DNA from: Halomicrobium mukohataei DSM 12286
Lineage (GTDB): Archaea; Halobacteriota; Halobacteria; Halobacteriales; Haloarculaceae
Length of the DNA stretch: 32,000 nt
Direction of reading: 5' to 3'
Assembly (NCBI RefSeq): GCF_000023965.1
Contig: NC_013202.1
Location: 120,001-152,000 of the forward strand
In this document: piece by piece, positions 1 to 8,505 of the stretch
How the letters are laid out: every line of letters begins with the position of its first letter
Numbering within the stretch: position 1 is the first letter of the stretch
The notes under the pieces: model-generated
What the model was told of the DNA's origin: nothing
The model's input: the letters and a program-made list of their open reading frames with translations, nothing else
Database searches by the model: none
Made by a program: the position numbers and the translations under genes

Positions 1-397
1 CGGTCTTCTCGATCTGTGAGCTGTCGGACCGCTCCTCGCTGGGCTTGGAGACGCCCCGCTCGTCGGTGAGGTAGGTGTAGATGCTCTGGTGGGAGACGAA
101 CGACGCGCGGAGCGATTCGAGGTCGATACCGCGCTGTTCGAGGCGCGTCTCGACCTCCGCTCGCGTCCCGGTCCCCACGTCGTCGTCGGTGAGGAGTTCG
201 TAGGTGTTCTCGATCTCGCCGTCGACGTATGCTTCGTCGGCCCGGTCGTGGGCGGCCGCCAGCAGCCGCTGGTTGAACCAGTCCGCCAGCTCCCGGAGGC
301 TGTACTGTTCGTCACCGGTCCCCAGCCAGTACTCTTCGAGTTGCTGGCCGACGCCGTCGAGTTCCCACTCGTCGATCAGCCTGGCGACTTTGCTCAC
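1..397 (-). CDS. Partial CDS (N-terminal part; continues beyond window start). Conserved haloarchaeal cytoplasmic protein, possibly of the rod-determining factor RdfA family
   Basis: The reverse strand of 1-397 has no stop and translates as V/MSKVARLIDEWELDGVGQQLEEYWLGTGDEQYSLRELADWFNQRLLAAAHDRADEAYVDGEIENTYELLTDDDVGTGTRAEVETRLEQRGIDLESLRASFVSHQSIYTYLTDERGVSKPSEERSDSSQIEK... It is acidic and has sensible codon usage. It is absent from the ORF track because it runs off the edge. Start is GTG at 397 (alternative ATG at 457). The listed + ORF 89..508 is its antisense shadow. The RdfA assignment is from memory of the family and is not verified. Confidence 0.6.
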   Translation of the reverse strand, partial: MSKVARLIDEWELDGVGQQLEEYWLGTGDEQYSLRELADWFNQRLLAAAHDRADEAYVDGEIENTYELLTDDDVGTGTRAEVETRLEQRGIDLESLRASFVSHQSIYTYLTDERGVSKPSEERSDSSQIEKT

Positions 398-532
398 CGC
401 GTCTCCCTCCGAACTGTGACAGCGTTCATACGCGCATCTACCGAGAGAGTGCCACATGAACGTTCGCTTCCGCGGAGTCGACGCGTCCCGTCCGTCGACA
501 ACCCTTAACACCGCCGGCCGTCGATGAGGGAC

Positions 533-1666
533 ATGACCCGGATCGTCGACTACGAACTGTTCGAGGTGCCGCCGCGCTGGCTGTTCCTGAAGCTCGAAAC
601 GGCCGACGGAACCACGGGCTGGGGCGAACCCATCCTCGAAGGGCGTGCCGCGACCGTCCGCACCGCCGTCGAGGAGCTACTGGAGGGGTACCTGCTGGGC
701 GAGGCGGCGGGCCGGATCGAGGATCACTGGCAGACGATGTATCGCGGCGGCTTCTACCGCGGTGGCCCCGTGCTCATGTCGGCGATCGCCGGGATCGACC
801 AGGCGCTGTGGGACATCGAGGGCAAGCGGACGGATCGGTCGGTCGCCGACCTGCTGGGCGGTTCCACGCGCGAGCACGTCCCGGTCTACAAGAAGCTCGT
901 CCCGGAGCGCGTCGACAGGATCCCCGAACTGGCGACCGACGCCGTCGAGGCGGGCTACGAGACGCTCAAGCTACTGACGACCTACCAGACCGCCCCGCTG
1001 GAGTCGGGGGCCGACGTCGACGCGATCTGTGAGCACCTGTCGCTCGCTCGCGACGCGGTCGGTCGGGCGGTCGACATCGGGGTCGACCTCCACGGTCACG
1101 TCTCGGCGAGCATGGCCCCGCGGGTGTGCGCCCGGCTCGCGGCGGACGACCCCGCGTTCGTCGAGGAGCCCGTCCGGCCCGAGCACCTGCGGACGCTGGA
1201 TCGGTCGGCCACCCACGACGTTCCGGTGGCGTTCGGCGAACGGCTCTACTCGCGCTGGGAGTTCCGTCCGCACCTCGAAGCGGGGCGGGTCGACATCGTC
1301 CAGCCCGACGTCAGTCACGCGGGCGGGATCACCGAGATCGCGAAGATCGCGTCGATGGCCGAGACCTACGGGGCGCGGGTGATGCCGAGTTGCTCGGTCG
1401 GGCCGATCGCCCACGCGGCCAGCACGCAGCTCAGCCACCACCTCCCGAACGCCGTCACGCAGCCCGACCTGGGCGAGCACTACGTCGACGCCTACGTCGA
1501 CAACGCCGACGAACTGCGCAGCGAGAACGGGCGGGTAACCCTTCCTGATCGGCCCGGCCTCGGCGTCGACGTGAACGAGGCGGGCGTCCGGGACCACGCC
1601 GGCACGGGAAGCGACTGGCGACCGCCGGTCCGACGGTACGACGACGGGAGTTTCGTCGAGTGGTGA
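533..1666 (+). CDS. Enolase-superfamily sugar-acid dehydratase paralog (galactonate/gluconate dehydratase family) with a divergent active site
   Basis: MTRIVDYELFEVPPRWLFLKLETADGTTGWGEPILEGRA...MYRGGFYRGGPVLMSAIAGIDQALWDIEGK is near-identical in its N-terminal half to the paralog at 3147..4301. Metal/acid motifs DIGVDLHG, FVEEPV, FGERLY and VQPDVSHAGGITE are present. ATG 533 aligns with the paralog start and lies about 27 nt after a TTAA-containing box; the ORF track start 524 is the alternative. Confidence 0.85.
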   Translation: MTRIVDYELFEVPPRWLFLKLETADGTTGWGEPILEGRAATVRTAVEELLEGYLLGEAAGRIEDHWQTMYRGGFYRGGPVLMSAIAGIDQALWDIEGKRTDRSVADLLGGSTREHVPVYKKLVPERVDRIPELATDAVEAGYETLKLLTTYQTAPLESGADVDAICEHLSLARDAVGRAVDIGVDLHGHVSASMAPRVCARLAADDPAFVEEPVRPEHLRTLDRSATHDVPVAFGERLYSRWEFRPHLEAGRVDIVQPDVSHAGGITEIAKIASMAETYGARVMPSCSVGPIAHAASTQLSHHLPNAVTQPDLGEHYVDAYVDNADELRSENGRVTLPDRPGLGVDVNEAGVRDHAGTGSDWRPPVRRYDDGSFVEW

Positions 1667-1727
1667 GTGCTCGCTCGCGGCAGACACTGACAGTGGACTT
1701 ATCCTCGCGCCAGCCCAGCGAGACCGT

Positions 1728-2423
1728 ATGGCAGATGGCGACCGCATCGCGGCGACGAAGACGGCCTTCGAACTGCTGGACGTGGTCTACCGGTCCGGCG
1801 GCGCTTCGGCCGCGGAGTTGATGGACGCGACCGGGCTCTCTCGGGGGGGCGTCTACAAACACCTGCGCACGCTCGTCGAGGTCGGCGCGCTGGCGAATCG
1901 CGACGGCGTCTACGAGCTGGGGCCGACGGTCGCCGAGTACGGAGTGGCGGCGAGCGCTTCCCACGCGGTCCTCGACCAGACCGACGCGGTCGATCGGCTG
2001 GCCCGCAGGATCGACGCCCCGGCGAACCTCTGGGTGAGCGACGGCGAAGAGTGTCACTGTCGATACACGACGGGCACGGACCGCGCTGCGTATCCCAGGG
2101 CCGTGGGCGACAGCGAGCGACTCGTCGAGAGCCCGCCCGGGAAAGTGGTCCTCGCTCGACTCCCGACGCGACAGCGGACGGAGCTGGTCGGCACCCACAA
2201 CGAGACGCTACTCTCACAGCTGGAGACGGCCAGAGAGCGTCAGTTCCTGGAGGAACGACTCCTCTCGGCACCCGACTGGGTCTCGATCGCGGCCCCGGTG
2301 CTCGCGCCGGGCGGGGACGCCGCGGCGGCGATCGAGGCCGTCGTCCCGTCCGACCGGGCAGACCAGCTGGACGCGACGACGGTCGGTGAGCGGCTCGTGG
2401 AGACGGCAGCGGAGATGCAGTAG
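1728..2423 (+). CDS. IclR family transcriptional regulator
   Basis: N-terminal wHTH (TAFELLDVVYRSGGASAAELMDATGLSRGGVYKHLRTLVEVGAL) followed by an effector-binding-like C-terminal domain of typical IclR length (231 aa). A TATA-like ACTTATCC lies about 28 nt upstream of the ATG. Confidence 0.85.
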   Translation: MADGDRIAATKTAFELLDVVYRSGGASAAELMDATGLSRGGVYKHLRTLVEVGALANRDGVYELGPTVAEYGVAASASHAVLDQTDAVDRLARRIDAPANLWVSDGEECHCRYTTGTDRAAYPRAVGDSERLVESPPGKVVLARLPTRQRTELVGTHNETLLSQLETARERQFLEERLLSAPDWVSIAAPVLAPGGDAAAAIEAVVPSDRADQLDATTVGERLVETAAEMQ

Positions 2424-2956
2424 CAGCCCCGACGGAGCCGCTCGATGTCCTCGCTATTCTGTCAGTACCGTCGAACACAACTATATCTGTAACGTTTCGG
2501 GTCACGGCGAGGCAGTGGCACGGAGAACGTCGACAACTGTCGTCGACCCGACCGGCGGTGAGGTACCGCTTCGACCGATCTGGCACCAGTTTACTGCTCT
2601 CGTTTTCGTGTATCGATCGAGCCGGAGGACGACGAGCGACAGCGGCGCGCCGTCGGCCGGACGAGGATCTGATCCCCAGTGAAGGAGCGTCAGATGGTGT
2701 TTCGCGGACGGTAGTACACTTCCACGTGGCAGACCTCGACGGGGACCAGACGCGGCGTCGAGCGCCGGCGACACTCCCGATATCGACTGAACTACCTCGA
2801 TTCGAGTATAGAACGGTCACTGATCTGTCTTTCTTCATAGTTTTTCGTCTTCGAATATCACTTCCAGAAGAGTTCGACGTTCAGGCCGAGCAGCGACGAA
2901 CGCAGCGACGGCCGCCGATCGGACGGTCGAGAACGAGGGTCAGGGTGGACAGCGTT

Positions 2957-2973
2957 GTACACATTTAGTGTAC
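2957..2973. promoter_or_regulatory. Perfect palindrome GTACAC-ATTTA-GTGTAC in the long iclR/dehydratase intergenic region; candidate operator
   Basis: Read directly: gtacac (2957-2962), attta, gtgtac (2968-2973). It lies 174 nt upstream of the dehydratase ATG at 3147. Any function is inferred only. Confidence 0.3.
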
Positions 2974-3146
2974 TACGGTCGCCGCCTATTACAGAACTAT
3001 GCCTGTAAAGCGACGCGGAGAGTCCACAGTGAGTGTATCGGATGGCGACGCCGGTCCGAGAGTCGCCCCCGGGAACACGCGTCTCCCGGATCGGCCAGTC
3101 CCCGAAACGACTAAACGAGCCGAAACCACACGTCAGAGCGAACACG

Positions 3147-4301
3147 ATGAGCGAAATTACCGACTACGAGCTGTTCGAAGTCCCGCCGCGGTGGCTGTTC
3201 CTCCGGATCGAGACCAGCGACGGCCTCGTCGGCTGGGGCGAACCCGTCGTCGAAGGCCGGGCGAGGACCGTCCGCACCGCCGTCGAGGAACTGATGGACA
3301 ACTACCTGCTGGGCGAGGACCCGAGTCGGATCGAAGACCACTGGCAGACGATGTACCGCGGCGGCTTCTACCGCGGCGGGCCCGTGCTCATGTCGGCGAT
3401 CGCCGGGATCGACCAGGCGCTGTGGGACATCAAGGGCAAGCACTTCGACGCCCCGGTCCACGAGCTGCTGGGCGGCAAGGCCCGCGACCGCATTCGCGTC
3501 TACCAGTGGATCGGCGGGGACCGTCCCTCCGACGTGGCCGAGCAGGCCCGCGAGCAGGTCGAAGCGGGCTTCACGGCGCTGAAGATGAACGCCACCGAGG
3601 AGATCGAGCGCGTCGACGACCCCGCCACCATCCAGGCCGCCGTCGACCGGCTCCGGCAGGTCAGAGAAGCGGTCGGCGACGAGGTCGACATCGGCGTCGA
3701 CTTCCACGGCCGCGTCACGAAACCGATGGCCAAGCGCCTGGTCGAGGAGCTGGCTCCCTACGAACCGATGTTCGTCGAGGAGCCCGTGTTGCCCGAACAC
3801 AACGACGCCCTCCCCGAGATCGCCCAGCACACGACGACGCCCATCGCCACGGGCGAGCGAATGTTCTCCCGGTGGGACTACAAGTCGCTGTTCGAGAACG
3901 GCACCGTCGACGTGATCCAGCCGGACCTCTCTCACGCGGGCGGTATCACCGAGGTCAAGAAGATCGCGGCGATGGCCGAGGCCTACGACGTGGCGATGGC
4001 CCCCCACTGCCCGCTGGGACCGATCGCGCTGGCGTCGTGTCTCCAGGTCGACGCCACCGCCGCCAACGCCTTCATCCAGGAGCAGAGCCTCGACATCCAC
4101 TACAACGAGACCAGCGACGTGCTCGACTACCTCGCCGATCCCGCGGTCTTCGACTACGACGACGGCTACGTCGAGATCCCCGACGACCCCGGTCTGGGCG
4201 TCGAGATCGACGAGGAGTACGTCCGCGAGCAGGCCGAGCTCGACCACGACTGGCACAACCCCGTCTGGCGACACGACGACGGCAGCGTCGCCGAGTGGTA
4301 G
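3147..4301 (+). CDS. dgoD: D-galactonate / D-gluconate dehydratase (enolase superfamily, DgoD/GnaD type)
   Basis: MSEITDYELFEVPPRWLFLRIETSDGLVGWGEPVVEGRARTV...GIDQALWDIKGK, DIGVDFHGRV, MFVEEPV, ATGERMF, IQPDLSHAGGITE, MAPHCPLGPIALA and a ...WRHDDGSVAEW C-terminus all match E. coli DgoD as I remember it. The substrate (gluconate, galactonate or other) cannot be decided from sequence. The ORF track start 3033 was replaced by the internal ATG 3147, which aligns with homolog N-termini. Confidence 0.9.
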   Translation: MSEITDYELFEVPPRWLFLRIETSDGLVGWGEPVVEGRARTVRTAVEELMDNYLLGEDPSRIEDHWQTMYRGGFYRGGPVLMSAIAGIDQALWDIKGKHFDAPVHELLGGKARDRIRVYQWIGGDRPSDVAEQAREQVEAGFTALKMNATEEIERVDDPATIQAAVDRLRQVREAVGDEVDIGVDFHGRVTKPMAKRLVEELAPYEPMFVEEPVLPEHNDALPEIAQHTTTPIATGERMFSRWDYKSLFENGTVDVIQPDLSHAGGITEVKKIAAMAEAYDVAMAPHCPLGPIALASCLQVDATAANAFIQEQSLDIHYNETSDVLDYLADPAVFDYDDGYVEIPDDPGLGVEIDEEYVREQAELDHDWHNPVWRHDDGSVAEW

Positions 4302-4329
4302 CCACGAGACCCCGACTGTGCGGAGGGGT

Positions 4330-4484
4330 CTCGTCCAGCGCGAGCGGGAGTGAACACGGCGAACGACACGTGAGCAGCGAGGGGCGCGACCGAAGGGAGC
4401 GGCCCTCGTCCAGCGCGAGCGGGAGTGAACACGGCGAACGACACGTGAGCAGCGAGGGGCGCGACCCTCGTCCAGCGCGAGCGG
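4330..4484. repeat. Intergenic direct repeat: a 62-nt unit present 2.3 times
   Basis: ctcgtccagcgcgagcgggagtgaacacggcgaacgacacgtgagcagcgaggggcgcgacc occurs at 4330-4391 and identically at 4405-4466, separated by a 13-nt insert. A third partial copy, ctcgtccagcgcgagcgg, is at 4467-4484. The unit junction creates the hairpin cgaggg-gcgcga-ccctcg. Confidence 0.9.
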
Positions 4485-4524
4485 AACGGAGAATACTTAC
4501 CGAGCGGGCCGACACGTCCACTCG

Positions 4525-5331
4525 ATGCCAGCAGACCCGACAGCCAACGCCGTCCCGAACAGACACGCAGACAGCGTCGCCGTCGTCACCGGTTCGACCC
4601 GCGGCATCGGCGCTGGCGTCGCCCGCCGCTTCGCCGCCGAAGGGGCGTCCGTCGTCGTCACTGGCCGCTCCGTCGAGCCCGGCGAGCGCGTCGTCGCCGA
4701 GATCGAGGACGCGGGCGGCGAGGCGACCTTCCTGCAGGCGGACATGCGCGATCCCGCCGAGATCCAGGCGCTGATCGAACACACCGTCGAGGAGTACGGC
4801 CGCGTCGACACGCTGGTCAACAACGCGGGCGTCCAGACCGAGACCACCGCCAGCGAGGCGACGCTGGACGACTGGGCGTTCGTCGTCGAGACCGATTTCC
4901 GGTCGTTCTGGCTCTGTGCCAAACACGCGGTCGAGCACATGCCCGAGGGCGGCACCGTCCTCAACATGTCCTCGAACCACGCCCGCCTGACGATGCCCGG
5001 CCTCTTCCCGTACAACGCCGTCAAGGCCGGCATCGACGGGATGACCCGCGCGATGGCGCTGGAGCTCGGCCCCGAAGGGATCACGGTCAACACGATCAAC
5101 CCCGGCTGGATCGAGATCGAGCGGACCAGCGAGGAACTGGGTGAGGACTACGAGTACACCGAGGAGATCCATCCCGTCGGTCGACTCGGGACGCCGGCCG
5201 ACGTGGCCGGTCTCGCCACCTTCCTCGCCAGCGACGACGCGACGTTCGTCACCGGCGAGAGCATCCTCGTCGACGGGGGGCGCTCACAGGTGATGCAAGA
5301 CGACGTGTACCTCGACTACCGTCGAGAGTGA
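4525..5331 (+). CDS. SDR family NAD(P)-dependent oxidoreductase
   Basis: Cofactor motif VAVVTGSTRGIGAGVA, then NNAG, then a Y-x3-K region (PYNAVKAGI), then PGWI. Length of 268 aa is typical of classical SDRs. Confidence 0.9.
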   Translation: MPADPTANAVPNRHADSVAVVTGSTRGIGAGVARRFAAEGASVVVTGRSVEPGERVVAEIEDAGGEATFLQADMRDPAEIQALIEHTVEEYGRVDTLVNNAGVQTETTASEATLDDWAFVVETDFRSFWLCAKHAVEHMPEGGTVLNMSSNHARLTMPGLFPYNAVKAGIDGMTRAMALELGPEGITVNTINPGWIEIERTSEELGEDYEYTEEIHPVGRLGTPADVAGLATFLASDDATFVTGESILVDGGRSQVMQDDVYLDYRRE

Positions 5332-5638
5332 TCGGTCGGCCACGACCGCCGACAGGAGCGATTGTCTGCCGGCGTAGTATAACTATTTAATTACATACCG
5401 AGCTAAGTATTCTGAATTGGACCATCTTTGAGCCCATAATGCCCATAGATGTACCCATACAGACTATTATATACTGATAGAATCTATTAGTGACCCAGGC
5501 CCCCCATGCGAGTCGCCGAAAACCACAATCTATTGTGGAAAGCGCTATTCTGGTCGAAAGCTCCAGCGGACGGGGGCGCGTGTGGTCGATCGACACACCG
5601 CCCAAGCGCATTTGTGTCGCGATCGAGACAGCGACGGT

Positions 5639-6613
5639 ATGGCAGATCACACAGCCGTCGCCGCCACACTCGAAGGGCACGATTCGTGTCTGCTGGTGGT
5701 CCACGCCCACGCGGACCTCGACGCGGTCGGTGCCGCCGTCGGACTCGCCCGCACGCTCGACAGCGACGCACGGATCGTCGCGCCGGACGGCCTCAAGCGA
5801 CGAGCGCGACAGCTGGTCGAGGGGCTCGACGAGACCGTTCACACTCCCGACGGGGTGGCGGTCGGCGACGCCGACTGTCTGGTCGTCCTCGACGCACCGT
5901 CGAGCGACCGCATCGAGCCGGTGTGGGGAGCGATGACGCCGGAATCCCTCGTCGTGATCGACCACCACGAGCCCGACGACCTCGTCGAGGCGTCAACGGT
6001 CGCTGCCGTCGACACGACCGCCGGTGCGACGGCCGCGCTGGTCGCCGACGTGATCGACGCGCTGGATGGGACAGCGGGCTCGAAGGCACGGATCGCGCTG
6101 GCGGCGGGGCTGTTCGACGACACGAGCGGGCTCGCCGGTGCCTCGCCCGAGGAGATCAGTCGCTTCGGCGACCTCCTGGCCGACAACGACCACGTCGACG
6201 TGCTCTCGGCGCTGCTCGAACACGAGCGGTCGTTCGGCCAGCGAGTCGCAGCGAGCAAGGCGGTCGTTCGGGCGACGGGCTACCGCGCCGACCGAACGCT
6301 GGTCCTGACGACGACGATCAGCAGCCAGCAGAGTGTCGCTGCACAGGCACTCCGGGCGACGGGCGCGGAGATCGCGCTCGTGTTCTCCGAGCGCGACGAC
6401 CAGTGCTGGATCGTCGGCCGCGCCGAGTCCGGGAGCATCAACCTTCCCGAGGACCTGTTCGAGCCACTGGCCGAGACCTTCGGCGGCGACGGCGGCGGCC
6501 ACGCGGGTGCCGGCGTGGCGAAGCTCGAAACGACGGCGCTGGAGACCATCCGAGAGGAGACGCTCGCTCAGCTGGAAGCGACGCTCGGGACGGCGCTCTC
6601 GGCACTGTCGTAG
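5639..6613 (+). CDS. DHH/DHHA1 family phosphoesterase (NrnA-like)
   Basis: Motifs HAHADLDAVG (DxD), VLDAPS, VIDHHEP (DHH), GLFDDTSG and the C-terminal GGGHAGAG (DHHA1 GGGH). ATG 5639 (MADHTAV...) is preferred to the ORF track start 5582. Confidence 0.8.
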   Translation: MADHTAVAATLEGHDSCLLVVHAHADLDAVGAAVGLARTLDSDARIVAPDGLKRRARQLVEGLDETVHTPDGVAVGDADCLVVLDAPSSDRIEPVWGAMTPESLVVIDHHEPDDLVEASTVAAVDTTAGATAALVADVIDALDGTAGSKARIALAAGLFDDTSGLAGASPEEISRFGDLLADNDHVDVLSALLEHERSFGQRVAASKAVVRATGYRADRTLVLTTTISSQQSVAAQALRATGAEIALVFSERDDQCWIVGRAESGSINLPEDLFEPLAETFGGDGGGHAGAGVAKLETTALETIREETLAQLEATLGTALSALS

Positions 6614-6765
6614 GCTGGCGAAGGCGTGACCGTCGATTTGGAGAAGACCGTTGACAGCCCTCCGCCGCCCCTGACCGAGACGGACGCGACGACCGTGCCT
6701 CGAACGACACCAGTAGTGGTGCGAACGGGCACACATTTATCATTATTTACCACCACGGTAGTCGT

Positions 6766-8421
6766 ATGCCAGGCGGCAGCGATATGACCCTGCATCAGTT
6801 CCTGTGGCGCGCGGAAAACGTCTTCGGCGACCAGGAGATCGTCTCTCGGACCCACGAAGGAATCCACCGCTACACGTTCGCGGACTATGGGGACCGCGTG
6901 CGAAAGCTCGCGAGCGTCCTCGACCGGCGTGGCTACGGCGAGGGCGACCGGATCGCCACCTTCGCGTGGAACAACCACTGGCACCACGAGCTGTACTTCG
7001 GCGTGCCCTGTCAGGGCGCACAGCTACACATGATCAACATCCTCCTGCCGGACTCACACGTCCAGCACCTCGTCGACGACGCCGAGGACGCGGTGCTGGT
7101 CGTCGACCCGACGATGCTCGACGCCCTCGAAGCGGCCTACGACGAGGCGGCCTTCGACAGCGTCGAGCTGTTCGTCGTCATGGGCGACACCGTCCCCGAG
7201 ACCGACCTGGAGCCGGTCACCGACTACGAGTCGTTCATCGCCGACGGCGACCCCGACTACGAGTTCCCCGACGTGAGCGAGGACCAGCCGGCCGGGATGT
7301 GCTACACCTCCGGGACGACGGGGATGCCCAAGGGCGTCGAGTACACCCACAAGATGTACTGGGGGCACACGATGGGGCTGCTCACCGGCGAGCTGGGCCT
7401 CACCGCTCGCGATACCGCGATGACCGTGGTGCCGATGTTCCACGTCTCGGGGTGGGGTCGCCCGTTCGCGACGCTGGCCTCCGGTGCCAAGCAGGTCCTC
7501 CCGGGACCGAACCCCGAGCCCGAAGACCTCGCCCGGCTCGTCGAATCCGAGGGCGTGACCCAGAGCGCGGCGGTCCCGACCGTGTGGCGCGGGCTGCTCC
7601 AGTACGCTTCCGAGGCCGATCCGGACCTCGATTCCCTGGAGTACGTCCTCTCGGGTGGGTCGGCGACGCCCAAGGGCCTCATCGAACGCTACCGCGAGGA
7701 TCTGGGCATCGAGCTGGTCTCGGGCTACGGGATGACCGAGACGACGCCGATCACGCACCTCGCCGAGACGATTCCAAGCAACGTCGACGCGGACGGCGAC
7801 GAGCGGACGGCGACGCGTGCCCACGCGGGGCTACCGCTGCCCGGCGTCCAGCTGAAAGTCGTCGACGAGGACGGCGCGGAGGTCCCGTGGGACGGCGAGT
7901 CGCTGGGCGAACTCCTGATGAAGGGGCCGTGGGTCACCACCGAGTACTTCAACGCCCCCGACAAGACCGAGCGGTCGATCACCGAGGACGGGTGGCTCAA
8001 GACCGGCGACATCGCACGGGTCACCGAGAACGGGTACACCGACGTGGTCGACCGCCTCGACGACCTCGTCAAGAGCGGCGGGGAGTGGATCTCCAGCGTC
8101 GAGCTGGAGAACCGTCTGATGGGTCACGAAGCGGTCGCGGAGGCGGCAGTGATCCCCGTCGAGCATCCCACCTGGGACGAGCGCCCCGCCGCGTTCGTCG
8201 TCGTCGAGGACGACGCCACGGCCGACGACGACCTGCGCGAGACGCTTCGCTCGTTCGTCGCCGAGGAGTATCCCTCGTGGTGGGTACCGGACACCATCGA
8301 GTTCATTCCGGCGGTCCCGAAAGGCGCGACGGGGAAGTTCTCGAAGATCGACCTGGAGGACCAGTACGTCGACGACGAACTCAGAGCACGGGTCCGCGAG
8401 CAAGCCCCCGGACAGCGGTAG
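6766..8421 (+). CDS. AMP-dependent acyl-CoA synthetase / long-chain fatty-acid-CoA ligase
   Basis: AMP-binding signature YTSGTTGMPKGV, then GYGMTET, then LKTGDIA, then the C-terminal PKGATGKFSK lysine motif. AT-rich boxes at 6735-6749 lie 20-27 nt upstream of the ATG. Confidence 0.9.
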   Translation: MPGGSDMTLHQFLWRAENVFGDQEIVSRTHEGIHRYTFADYGDRVRKLASVLDRRGYGEGDRIATFAWNNHWHHELYFGVPCQGAQLHMINILLPDSHVQHLVDDAEDAVLVVDPTMLDALEAAYDEAAFDSVELFVVMGDTVPETDLEPVTDYESFIADGDPDYEFPDVSEDQPAGMCYTSGTTGMPKGVEYTHKMYWGHTMGLLTGELGLTARDTAMTVVPMFHVSGWGRPFATLASGAKQVLPGPNPEPEDLARLVESEGVTQSAAVPTVWRGLLQYASEADPDLDSLEYVLSGGSATPKGLIERYREDLGIELVSGYGMTETTPITHLAETIPSNVDADGDERTATRAHAGLPLPGVQLKVVDEDGAEVPWDGESLGELLMKGPWVTTEYFNAPDKTERSITEDGWLKTGDIARVTENGYTDVVDRLDDLVKSGGEWISSVELENRLMGHEAVAEAAVIPVEHPTWDERPAAFVVVEDDATADDDLRETLRSFVAEEYPSWWVPDTIEFIPAVPKGATGKFSKIDLEDQYVDDELRARVREQAPGQR

Positions 8422-8448
8422 CTGCATCGCCGCCACGACTGGCCAGCG

Positions 8449-8480
8449 GTATAATTCCGTTCCGTATCTACAAATTTAAG
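8449..8480 (+). promoter_or_regulatory. AT-rich promoter region (TATA-like boxes GTATAATT and AAATTTAAG) upstream of the pilB-like gene
   Basis: AAATTTAAG at 8472-8480 is centred about 30 nt upstream of ATG 8506. A second box lies at 8449-8456. This pattern matches the other gene starts in the window. Confidence 0.45.
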
Positions 8481-8505
8481 TACCATCTCGTCCCGAGCAA
8501 CGCCC

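Noticed and set aside
89-508. 139-aa plus-strand ORF at the left edge
   Set aside because: The opposite strand gives an uninterrupted, acidic, conserved-looking protein (VSKVARLIDEWELDG...) that runs off the window. The plus ORF is its antisense shadow.
2999-4774. 591-aa ORF, plus similar long Arg-rich ORFs at 6804..8903, 10897..12597 (the upstream part of the 802-aa ORF), 30334..31923, 1699..2838, 25657..27180 (N-terminal part), 4072..5172 and 3111..4274
   Set aside because: These are out-of-frame or antisense to genes with strong family motifs. Their translations are dominated by R/G/P/A and lack the acidic bias seen in every convincing protein here.
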